64,000 bases of DNA, taken from contig CAXHJY010000054.1 of the NCBI GenBank assembly GCA_964016885.1, positions 62,001 through 126,000 on the forward strand, read 5' to 3'. Below the pieces are notes generated by a model that searched no databases, was not told the origin of the DNA, and saw only the letters and a list, made by a program, of their open reading frames with translations. The stretch comes from Eledone cirrhosa. Its lineage: Eukaryota. Positions 12,001 through 24,000 of this stretch are shown in pieces. How positions within the stretch are numbered: the stretch's first letter is position 1; every line of letters begins with the position of its first letter. The translations under genes and the position numbers were made by a program.

Positions 12001-15000
12001 AAGCTATCCTAAGCTATCCTAAGCTAAGCTAAGCTAAGCTCTCCTAAGCTAAGCTAAGCTAAGCTATCCTAAGCTAAGCTAAGCTAAGCTAAGCTAAGCT
12101 AAGCTATCCTAAGCTAAGCTAAGCTAAGCTACCTAAGCTAAGCTAAGCTAAGCTAAGCTAAGCTAAGCTAAGCTATCCTAAGCTAAGCTAAGCTTTCCTA
12201 AGCTAAGCTAAGCTAAGCTATCCTAAGCTAAGCTAATCTATCCTAAGCTAAGCTAAGCTAATCTATCCTAAGCTAAGCTAAGCTAATCTATCCTAAGCTA
12301 AGCTAAGCTAAGCTATCCTAAGCTAAGCTAAGCTATCCTAAGCTAAGCTAAGCTAAGCTATCCTAAGCTATCCTAAGCTATCCTAAGCTAAGCTAAGCTA
12401 AGCTATCCTAAGCTAAGCTAAGCTAAGCTATCCTAAGCTAAGCTAAGCTAAGCTATCCTAAGCTAAGCTAAGCTATCCTAAGCTAAGCTAAGCTATCCTA
12501 AGCTATCCTAAGCTATCCTAAGCTAAGCTAAGCTAAGCTATCCTAAGCTAAGCTAAGCTAAGCTAAGCTATCCTAAGCTAAGCTAAGCTATCCTAAGCTA
12601 AGCTAAGCTATCCTAAGCTAAGCTAAGCTAAGCTATCCTAAGCTAAGCTAAGCTAAGCAATCCTAAGCTAAGCTAAGCTAAGCTATCCTAAGCTAAGCTA
12701 AGCTAAGCTAAGCTATCCTAAGCTAAGCTAAGCTAAGCTATGCTAAGCTAAGCTAAGCTATCCTAAGCTAAGCTATCCTAAGCTATCCTAAGCTAAGCTA
12801 AGCTAAGCTAACCTAAGCTAAGCTATCCTAAGCTAAGCTATCCTAAGCTAAGCTATCCTAAGCTAAGCTAAGCTAAGCTATCCTAAGCTAAGCTAAGCTA
12901 AGCTATCCTAAGCTAAGCTAAGCTAAGCTAAGCTAAGCTATCCTAAGCTAAGCTAAGCTATCCTAAGCTAAGCTAAGCTAAGCTATCCTAAGCTAAGCTA
13001 AGCTAAGCTATCCTAAGCTAAGCTAAGCTATCCTAAGCTAAGCTAAGCTAAGCTATCCTAAGCTAAGCTAAGCTAATCTATCCTAAGCTAAGCTATCCTA
13101 AGCTAAGCTATCCTAAGCTATCCTAAGCTAAGCTATCCTAAGCTATCCTAAGCTAAGCTAAGCTATCCTAAGCTAAGCTAAGCTAAGCTAAGCTATCCTA
13201 AGCTATCCTAAGCTAAGCTAAGCTAAGCTATCCTAAGCTATCCTAAGCTAAGCTATCCTAAGCTAAGCTATCCTAAGCTAAGCTATCCTAAGCTATCCTA
13301 AGCTATCCTAAGCTAAGCTATCCTAAGCTATCCTAAGCTAAGCTAAGCTAAGCTATCCTAAGCTAAGCTAAGCTAAGCTATCCTAAGCTAAGCTAAGCTA
13401 AGCTTTCCTAAGCTATCCTAAGCTAAGCTATCCTAAGCTAAGCTATCCTAAGCTATCCTAAGCTATCCTAAGCTAAGCTATCCTAACCTATGCTATCCTA
13501 AGCTATCCTAAGCTAAGCTATCCTAAGCTATCCTAAGCTAAGCTATCCTAAGCTATCCTAAGCTAAGCTAAGCTAAGCTATCCTAAACTAAGCTAAGCTA
13601 TCCTAAGCTAAGCTAAGCTAAGCTATCCTAAGCTAAGCTAAGCTAAGCTATCCTAAGCTAAGCTAAGCTAAGCTATCCTAAGCCAAGCTAAGCTATCCTA
13701 AGCTAAGCTTTCCTAAGCTATCCTAAGCTAAGCTATCCTAAGCTAAGCTAAGCTATCCTAAGCTAAGCTAAGCTAAGCTATCCTAAGCTAAGCTATCCTA
13801 AGCTATCCTAAGCTAAGCTATCCTAAGCTAAGCTATCCTAAGCTAAGCTATTCTAAGCTAAGCTAAGCTAAGCTAAGCTATCCTAAGCTAAGCTAAGCTA
13901 AGCTATCCTAAGCTAAGCTAAGCTAAGCTATCCTAAGCTAAGCTAAGCTAAGCTATCCTAAGCTAAGCTAAGCTAAGCTATCCTAAGCTAAGCTAAGCTA
14001 AGCTATCCTAAGCTAAGCTATCCTAAGCTAAGCTAAGCTAAGCTATCCTAAGCTAAGCTAAGCTAAGCTATCCTAAGCTAAGCTATCCTAAGCTATCCCA
14101 AGCTAAGCTATCCTAAGCTAAGCTAAGCTAAGCTATCCTAAGCTAAGCTATCCTAAGCTAAGCTATCCTAATCTATCCTAAGCTAAGCTAAGCTAAGCTA
14201 AGCTATCCTAAGCTAAGCTAAGCTATCCTAAGCTAAGCTATCCTAAGCTAAGCTAAGCTAAGCTAAGCTATCCTAAGCTATCCTAAGCTAAGCTATCCTA
14301 AGCTAAGCTATCCTAAGCTATCCTAAGCTAAGCTATCCTAAGCTAAGCTAAGCTAAGCTATCCTAAGCTAAGCTATCCTAAGCTAAGCTATCCTAAGCTA
14401 TCCTAAGCTAAGCTATCCTAAGCTAACCTAAGCTAAGCTATCCTAAACTATCCTAAGCTAAGCTATCCTAAGCTATCCTAAGCTAAGCTAAGCTAAGCTA
14501 TCCTAAGCTAAGCTAAGCTAAGCTATCCTAAGCTAAGCTAAGCTAAGCTAAGCTATCCTAAGCTAAGCTAAGCTAAGCTATCCTAAGCTAAGCTAAGCTA
14601 AGCTATCCTAAGCTATCCTAAGCTAAGCTATCCTAAGCTATCCTAAGCTAAGCTATCCTAAGCTATCCTAAGCTAAGCTAACCTAAGCTAAGCTATCCTA
14701 AGCTATCCTAAGCTAAGCTAAGCTAAGCTATCCTAAGCTAAGCTAAGCTAAGCTATCCTAAGCTAAGCTAAGCTAAGCTATCCTAAGCTAAGCTAAGCTA
14801 AGCTTTCCTAAGCTATCCTAAGCTAAGCTATCCTAAGCTAAGCTATCCTAAGCTATCCTAAGCTAAGCTATCCTAAGCTAAGCTATCCTAAGCTAAGCTA
14901 ACCTAAGCTATCCTAAGCTAAGCTATCCTAAGCCATCCTAAGCTAAGCTATCCTAAGCTATCCTAAGCTAAGCTAAGCTAAGCTATCCTAAACTAAGCTA

Positions 15001-18000
15001 AGCTATCCTAAGCTAAGCTAAGCTAAGCCATCCTAAGCTAAGCTAAGCTAGGCTATCCTAAGCTAAGCTAAGCTATCCTAAGCCAAGCTAAGCTAAGCTA
15101 TCCTAAGCTAAGCTAAGCTAAGCTATCCTAAGCTAAGCTATCCTAAGCTAAGCTAAGATAAGCTATCCCAAGCTAAGCTATCCTGAGCTAAGCTAAGCTA
15201 AGCTATCCTAAGCTAAGCTAAGCTAAGCTATCCTAAGCTAAGCTAAGCTAAGCTATCCTAAGCTATCCTAAGCTAAGCTATCCTAAGCTAAGCTAAGCTA
15301 AGCTATCCTAAGCTAAGCTAAGCTAAGCTATCCTAAGCTAAGCTATCCTAAGCTATCCTAAGCTAAGCTATCCTAAGCTAAGCTATCCTAAGCTATCCTA
15401 AGCTAAGCTATCCTAAGCTAAGCTATCCTAAGCTAAGCTATCCTAAGCTAAGCTAAGCTATCCTAAGCTAAGCTAAGCTAAGCTATCCTAAGCTAAGCTA
15501 AGCTATCCTAAGCTAAGCTAAGCTAAGCTATCCTAAGCTAAGCTATCCTAAGCTAAGCTAAGCTCTCCTAAGCTAAGCTAAGCTAAGCTATCCTAAGCTA
15601 AGCTAAGCTAAGCTATCCTAAGCTAAGCTATCCTAAGCTATCCTAAGCTATCCTAAGCTAAGCTATCCTAAGCTAACCTAAGCTATCCTAAGCTAAGCTG
15701 TCCTAAGCTAAGCTATCCCAAGCTAAGCTATCCTAAGCTATCCTAAGCTATCCTAAGCTAAGCTATCTTAAGCTAACCTAAGCTAAGCTATCCTAAGCTA
15801 TCCTAAGCTAAGCTAAGCTAAGCTAAGCTATCCTAAGCTAAGCTAAGCTAAGCTATCCAAAGCTAAGCTAAGCTAAGCTATCCTAAGCTAAGCTAAGCTA
15901 AGCTATCCTAAGCTATCCTAAGCTAAGCTATCCTAAGCTATCCTAAGATAAGCTAAGCTATCCTAAGCTATCCTAAGCTAAGCTATCCTAAGCTAAGCTA
16001 TCCTAAGCTAAGCTATCCTAAGCTATCCTAAGCTAAGCTATCCTAAGCTATCCTAAGCTAAGCTAAGCTATCCTAAGCTAAGCTAAGCTAAGCTATCCTA
16101 AGCTAAGCTAAGCTATCCTAAGCTAAGCTAAACTAAGCTATCCTAAGCTATCCTAAGCTAAGCTATCCTAAGCTAAGCTATCCTAAGCTAAGCTATCCTA
16201 AGCTAAGCTAAGCTAAGCTATCCTAAGCTAAGCTAAGCTAAGCTATGCTAAGCTAAGCTAAGCTAAGCTATCCTAAGCTAAGCTAAGCTAAGCTATCCTA
16301 AGCTAAGCTAAGCTAAGCTATCGTAAGCTAAGCTAAGCTAAGCTATCCTAAGCTAAGCTAAGCTAAGCTATCCTAAGCTAAGCTAAGCTATCCTAAGCTA
16401 AGCTAAGCTAAGCTATCCTAAGCTAAGCTAAGCTAAGCTATCCTAAGCTAAGCTAAGCTAAGCTAAGCTAAGCTAAGCTATCCTAAGCTATCCTAAGCTA
16501 AGCTATCCTAAGCTAAGCTAAGCTAAGCTATCCTAAGCTAAGCTAAGCTATCCTAAGCTAAGCTAAGCTAAGCTAAGCTATCCTAAGCTAAGCTAAGCTA
16601 AGCTATCCTAAGCTATCCTAAGCTAAGCTATCCTAAGCTAAGCTATCCTAAGCTAAGCTATCCTAAGCTAAGCTAAGCTAAGCTATCCTAAGCTAAGCTA
16701 AGCTAAGCTATCCTAAGCTAAGCTAAGCTAAGCTATCCTAAGCTAAGCTAAGCTATCCTTAGCTAAGCTAAGCTATCCTAAGCTAAGCTAAGCTAAGCTA
16801 TCCTAAGCTATCCTAAGCTAAGCTATCCTAAGCTAAGCTATCCTAAGCTAACCTAAGCTATCCTAAGCTAAGCTATCCTAAGCTAAGCTATCCTAAGCTA
16901 AGCTATCCTAAGCTATCCTAAGCTAAGCTAAGCTAAGCTATCCTAAGCTAAGCTAAGCTAAGCTATCCTAAGCTAAGCTAAACTATCCTAAGCTATCCTA
17001 AGCTAAGCTATCCTAAGCTAAGATATCCTAAGCTATCCTAAGCTAAGCTATCCTAAGCTATCCTAAGCTAAGCTATCCTAAGCTAAGCTATCCTAAGCTA
17101 AGCTATCCAAAGCTATCCTAAGCTAAGCTATCCTAAGCTATCCTAAGCTAAGCTAAGCTAAGCTATCCTAAGCTAAGCTAAGCTAAGCTATCCTAAGCTA
17201 TCCTAAGCTAAGCTATCCTAAGCTATCCTAAGCTAAGCTGTCCTAAGCTATCCTAAGCTAAGCTATCCTAAGCTAAGCTATCCTAAGCTATCCTAAGCTA
17301 AGCTATCCTAAGCTAAGCTATCCTAAGCTAAGCTAAGCTAAGCTATCCTAAGCCAAGCTAAGCTAAGCTATCCTAAGCTAAGCTAAGCTAAGCTATCCTA
17401 AACTAAGCTAAGCTATCCTAAGCTAAGCTAAGCTAAGCTATCCTAAGCTAAGCTAAGCTAAGCCATCCTAAGCTAAGCTAAGCTAGGCTATCCTAAGCAA
17501 AGCTAAGCTAAGCTATCCTAAGCCAAGCTAAGCTAAGCTATCCTAAGCCAAGCTAAGCTAAGCTAAGCTAAGCTAAGCTAAGCTATCCTAAGCTAAGCTA
17601 TCCTAAGCTATCCTAAGCTAAGCTATCCTAAGCTATCTTAAGCTAAGCTATCCTAAGCTAAGCTATCCTAAGCTAAGCTATCCTAAGCTAAGCTAAGCTA
17701 AGCTAAGCTATCCTAAGCTAAGCTAAGCTAAGCTATCCTAAGCTAAGCTAAGCTATCCTAAGCCAAGCTAAGCTATCCTAAGCTAAGCTTTCCTAAGCTA
17801 TCCTAAGCTAAGCTATCCTAAGCTAAGCTATCCTAAGCTAAGCTAAGCTATCCTAAGCTAAGCTAAGCTAAGCTATCCTAAGCTAAGCTATCCTAAGCTA
17901 AGCTATCCTAAGCTATCCTAAGCTAAGCTATCCTAAGCTAAGCTATCCTAAGCTAAGCTATGCTAAGCTAAGCTATCCTAAGCTAAGCTAAGCTAAGCTA

Positions 18001-21000
18001 TCCTAAGCTAAGCTAAGCTAAGCTATCCTAAGCTAAGCTAAGCTAAGCTATCCTAAGCTAAGCTAAGCTATCCTAAGCTAAGCTAAACTAAGCTATCCTA
18101 AGCTAAGCTAAGCTAAGCTATCCTAAGCTATCCTAAGCTAAGCTATCCTAAGCTATCCCAAGCTAAGCTATCCTAAGCTAAGCTAAGCTAAGCTATCCTA
18201 AGCTAAGCTATCCTAAGCTAAGCTATCCTAAGCTATCCTAAGCTAAGCTATCCTAATCTATCCTAAGCTAAGCTATCCTAAGCTATCCTAAGCTAAGCTA
18301 TCCTAAGCTATCCCAAGCTAAGCTATCCTAAGCTAAGCTAAGCTAAGCTATCCTAAGCTAAGCTATCCTAAGCTAAGCTATCCTAAGCTATCCTAAGCTA
18401 AGCTATCCTAAGCTATCCTAAGCTAAGCTATCCTAAGCTATCCTAAGCTAAGCTATCCTAAGCTATCCTAAGCTAAGCTAAGCTAAGCTATCCTAAGCTA
18501 AGCTAAGCTAAGCTATCCTAAGCTAAGCTAAGCTAAGCTATCCTAAGCTAAGCTATCCTAAGCTAAGCTATCCTAAGCTATCCTAAGCTAAGCTATCCTA
18601 AGCTAAGCTCTCCTAAGGTAAGCTATCCTAAGCTATCCTAAGCTATCCTAAGCTAAGCTAAGCTAAGCTATCCTAAGCTAAGCTAAGCTAAGCTATCCTA
18701 AGCTAAGTTAAGCTAAGCTATCCTAAGCTAAGCTAAGCTAAGCTAAGCTATCCTAAGCTAAGCTAAGCTAAGCTCTCCTAAGCTAAGCTAAGCTAAGCTA
18801 TCCTAAGCTAAGCTAAGCTATCCTAAGCTAAGCTAAGCTATCCTAAGCTAAGCTAAGCTATCCTAAGCTAAGCTATCCTAAGCTATCCTAAGCTAAGCTA
18901 TCCTAAGCTAAGCTAAGCTAAGCTATCCTAAGCTAAGCTATCCTAAGCTAAGCTATCCTAAGCTATCCTAAGCTATCCTAAGCTAAGCTATCCTAAACTA
19001 TCCTAAGCTAAGCTATCCTAAGCTAAGCTAAGCTAAGCTAAGCTATCCTAAGCTAAGCTAAGCTAAGCTAAGCTATCCTAAGCTAAGCTAAGCTAAGCTA
19101 TCCTATGCTAAGCTAAGCTAAGCTATCCTAAGCTATCCTAAGCTAAGCTATCCTAAGCTAAGCTATCCTAAGCTATCCTAAGCTAAGCTATCCTAAGCTA
19201 AGCTAAGCTAAGCTAGCCTAAGCTAAGCTATCCTAAGCTAAGCTATCCTAAGCTATCCTAAGCTATCCTAAGCTAAGCTATCCTAAACTATCCTAAGCTA
19301 AGCTATCCTAAGCTATCCTAAGCTAAGCTAAGCTAAGCTATCCTAAGCTAAGCTAAGCTAAGCTAAGCTATCCTAAGCTAAGCTAAGCTAAGCTATCCTA
19401 TGCTAAGCTAAGCTAAGCTATCCTAAGCTATCCTAAGCTAAGCTATCCTAAGCTAAGCTATCCTAAGCTATCCTAAGCTAAGCTAACCTAAGCTAAGCTA
19501 TCCTAAGCTAAGCTATCCTAAGCTATCCTAAGCTAAGCTAAGCTAAGCTATCCTAAGCTAAGCTAAGCTAAGCTATCCTAAGCTAAGCTAAGCTAAGCTT
19601 TCCTAAGCTATCCTAAGCTAAGCTATCCTAAGCTAAGCTATCCTAAGCTATCCTAAGCTAAGCTATCCTAAGCTATCCTAAGCTAAGCTATCCTAAGCTA
19701 ACCTAAGCTAAGCTATCCTAAGCTAAGCTATCCTAAGCTATCCTAAGCTAAGCTATCCTAAGATATCCTAAGCTAAGCTATCCTAAGCTATCCTAAGCTA
19801 AGCTAAGCTAAGCTAAGCTATCCTAAACTAAGCTAAGCTATCCTAAGCTAAGCTAAGCTAAGCTATCCTAAGCTAATCTAAGCTAAGCCATCCTAAGCTA
19901 AGCTAAGCTAGGCTATCCTAAGCAAAGCTAAGCTAAGCTATCCTAAGCCAAGCTAAGCTAATCTATCCTAAGCTAAGCTAAGCTAAGCTATCCTAAGCTA
20001 AGCTAAGCTAAGCTATCCTAAGCTAAGCTATCCTAAGCTATCCTAAGCTAAGCTATCCTAAGCTATCTTAAGCTAAGCTATCCTAAGCTAAGCTATCCTA
20101 AGCTAAGCTATCCTAAGCTAAGCTAAGCTAAGCTATACTAAGCTAAGCTAAGCTAAGCTATCCTAAGCTAAGCTATCCTAAGCTAAGCTAAGCTAAGCTA
20201 TCCTAAGCTAAGCTAAGCTAAGCTATCCTAAGCTAAGCTAAGCTAAGCTATCCTAAGCTAAGCTAAGCTAAGCTCTCCTAAGCTAAGCTAAGCTAAGCTA
20301 TCCTAAGCTAAGCTAAGCTAAGCTCTCCTAAGCTAAGCTAAGCTAAGCTATCCTAAGCTAAGCTAAGCTAAGCTATGCTAAGCTAAGCTATGCTAAGCTA
20401 AGCTAAGCTAAGCTATCCTAAGCTAAGCTAAGCTAAGCTATCCTAAGCTAAGCTAAGCAAAGCTATCCTAAGCTAAGCTAAGCTAAGCTATCCTAAGCTA
20501 AGCTAAGCTAGGCTATCCTAAGCTAAGCTAAGCTAAGCTATCCTAAGCTAAGCTAAGCTATCCTAAGCTAAGCTAAGCTAAGCTATCCTAAGCTAAGCTA
20601 AGCTAAGCTATCCTAAGCTAAGCTAAGCTATCCTAAGCTAAGCTAAGCTAAGCTATCCTAAGCTAAGCTAAGCTAAGCTATCCTAAGCTAAGCTAAGCTA
20701 AGCTATCCTAAGCTAAGCTAAGCTATTCTAAGCTAAGCTAAGCTAAGCTATCCTAAGCTAAGCTAAGCTAAGCTATCCTAAGCTAAGCTAAGCTAAGCTA
20801 TCCTAAGCTATCCTAAGCTATCCTAAGCTAAGCTAAGCTATCCTAAGCTAAGCTAAGCTAAGCTAAGCTATCCTAAGCTAAGCTAAGCTAAGCTATCCTA
20901 AGCTAAGCTAAGCTATCCTTAGCTAGGCTAAGCTAAGCTATCCTAAGCTAAGCTAAGCTAAGTTATCCTAAGCTATCCTAAGCTAAGCTATCCTAAGCTA

Positions 21001-24000
21001 AGCTATCCTAAGCTATCCTAAGCTAAGCTAACCTAAGCTAAGCTAAGCTAAGCTATCCTAAGCTAAGCTATCCTAAGCTAAGCTATCCTAAGCTATCCTA
21101 AGCTAAGCTAAGCTAAGCTATCCTAAGCTAAGCTAAGCTAAGCTAAGCTATCCTAAGCTAAGCTAAGCTAAGCTAAACTATCCTAAGCTAAGCTAAGCTA
21201 AGCTATCCTAAGCTAAGCTAAGCTATCCTAAGCTATCCTAAGCTAAGCTATCCTAAGCTAAGATATCCTAAGCTATCCTAAGCTAAGCTATCCTAAGCTA
21301 AGCTATCCTAAGCTAAGCTATCCAAAGCTATCCTAAGCTAAGCTATCCTAAGCTATCCTAAGCTAAGCTAAGCTATCCTAAGCTAAGCTAAGCTAAGCTA
21401 TCCTAAGCCAAGCTAAGCTAAGCTATCCTAAGCTAAGCTAAGCTAAGCTATCCTAAACTAAGCTAAGCTATCCTAAGCTAAGCTAAGCTAAGCTATCCTA
21501 AGCTAAGCTAAGCTAAGCTATCCTAAGCTAAGCCAAGCTAAGCTATCCTAAGCTAAGCTAAGCTATCCTAAGCCAAGCTAAGCTAAGCTATCCTAAGCTA
21601 AGCTAAGCTAGGCTATCCTAAGCTAAGCTAAGCTATCCTAAGCTAAGCTAAGCTAAGCTATCCTAAGCTAAGCTAAGCTAAGCTATCCTAAGCTAAGCTA
21701 TCCTAAGCTAAGCTATCCTAAGCTAAGCTATCCTAAGCTATCCTAAGGTAAGCTATCCTAAGCTATCCTAAGCTAAGCTAAGCTAAGCTATCCTAAGCTA
21801 AGCTAAGCTAAGCTATCCTAAGCTAAGCTAAGCTATCCTAAGCTAAGCTAAGCTAAGCTATCCTAAGCTAAGCTAAGCTAAGCTATCCTAAGCTAAGCTA
21901 AGCTAAGCTATCCTAAGCTATCCTAAGCTAAGCTATCCTAAGCTATCCTAAGCTATCCTAAGCTAAGCTATCCTAAGCTAAGCTAAGCTAAGCTATCCTA
22001 AGCTAAGCTATCCTAAGCTAAGCTATCCTAAGCTAAGCTATCCTAAGCTATCCTAAGCTAAGCTATCCTAAGCTATCCTAAGCTAAGCTATCCTAAACTA
22101 TCCTAAGCTAAGCTATCCTAAGCTATCCTAAGCTAAGCTAAGCTAAGCTATCCTAAGCTAAGCTAAGCTAAGCTATCCTAAGCTAAGCTAAGCTAAGCTA
22201 TCCTTAGCTATCCTAAGCTAAATTATCCTAAGCTAAGCTATCCTAAGCTATCCTAAGCTAAGCTATCCTAAGCTATCCTAAGCTAAGCTATCCGAAGCTA
22301 TCCTAAGCTAAGCTATCCTAAGCTAAGCTATCCTAAGATAAGCTATCCTAAGCTATCCTAAGCTAAGCTATCCTAAGCTATCCTAAGCTAAGCTAAGCTA
22401 AGCTAAGCTATCCTAAACTAAGCTAAGCTATCCTAAGCTAAGCTAAGCTAAGCTATCCTAAGCTAAGCTAAGCTAAGTCATACTAAGCTAAGCTAAGCTA
22501 GGCTATCCTAAGCTAAGCTAAGCTAAGCTATCCTAAGCCAAGCTAAGCTAAGCTATCCTAAGCTAAGCTAAGCTAAGCTATCCTAAGCTAACCTAAGCTA
22601 AGCTATCCTAAGCTAAGCTAAGATAAGCTATCCTAAGCTAAGCTAAGCTAAGCTATCCTGAGCTAAGCTAAGCTAAGCTATCCTAAGCTAAGCTAAGCTA
22701 AGCTATCCTAAGCTATCCTAAGCTATCCTAAGCTAAGCTATCCTAAGCTATCCTAAGCTAAGCTAAGCTAAGCTATCCTAAGCTAAGCGAAGCTAAGCTA
22801 TCCTAAGCTAAGCTAAGCTAAGCTATCCTAAGCTAAGCTAAGCTAAGCTATCCTAAGCTAAGCTAAGCTAAGCTATCCTAAGCTATCCTAAGCTATCCTA
22901 AGCTAAGCTATCCTAAGCTATCCTAAGCTAAGCTAAGCTAAGCTATCCTAAGCTAAGCTAAGCTAAGCTATCCTAAGCTAAGCTAAGCTAAGCTATCCTA
23001 AGCTAAGCTATCCTAAGCTATCCGAAGCTAAGCTAAGCTAAGCTATCCTAAGCTAAGCTAAGCTAAGCTATCCTAAGCTAAGCTAAGCTAAGCTATCCTA
23101 AGCTAAGCTAAGCTAAGCTATCCTAAGCTAAGCTATCCTAAGCTATCCTAAGCTAAGCTATCCTAAGCTATCCTAAGCTAAGCTATCCTAAGCTAAGCTA
23201 TCCTAAGCTATCCTAAGCTAAGCTATCCTAAGCTATCCTAAGCTAAGCTATCCTAAGCTAAGCTAAGCTAAGCCAACCTAAGCTAAGCTATCCTAAGCTA
23301 AGCTAAGCTAAGCTATCCTAAGCTAAGCTAAGCTAAGCTATCCTAAGCTAAGCTAAGCTAAGCTATCCTAAGCTAAGCTAAGCTAAGCTATCCTAAGCTA
23401 TCCTAAGCTATCCTAAGCTAAGCTATCCTAAGCTATCCGAAGCTAAGCTAAGCTAAGCTATCCTAAGCTAAGCTAAGCTAAGCTATCCTAAGCTAAGCTA
23501 AGCTAAGCTATCCTAAGCTAAGCTATCCTAAGCTATCCGAAGCTAAGCTAAGCTAAGCTATCCTAAGCTAAGCTAAGCTAAGCTATCCTAAGCTAAGCTA
23601 AGCTAAGCTATCCTAAGCTAAGCTAAGCTAAGCTATCCTAAGCTAAGCTATCCTAAGCTATCCTAAGCTAAGCTATCCTAAGCTATCCTAAGCTAAGCTA
23701 TCCTAAGCTAAGCTATCCTAAGCTATCCTAAGCTAAGCTATCCTAAGCTATCCTAAGCTAAGCTATCCTAAGCTAAGCTAAGCTAAGCCAACCTAAGCTA
23801 AGCTAAGCTATCCTAAGCTAAGCTAAGCTATCCTAAGCTAAGCTAAGCTATCCTAAGCTAAGCTAAGCTAAGCTATCCTAAGCTAAGCTAAGCTATCCTA
23901 AGCTAAGCTAAGCTAAGCTATCCTAAGCTAAGCTAAGCTATCCTAAGCTAAGCTAAGCTAAGCTATACTAAGCTAAGCTAAGCTATCCTAAGCTAAGCTA

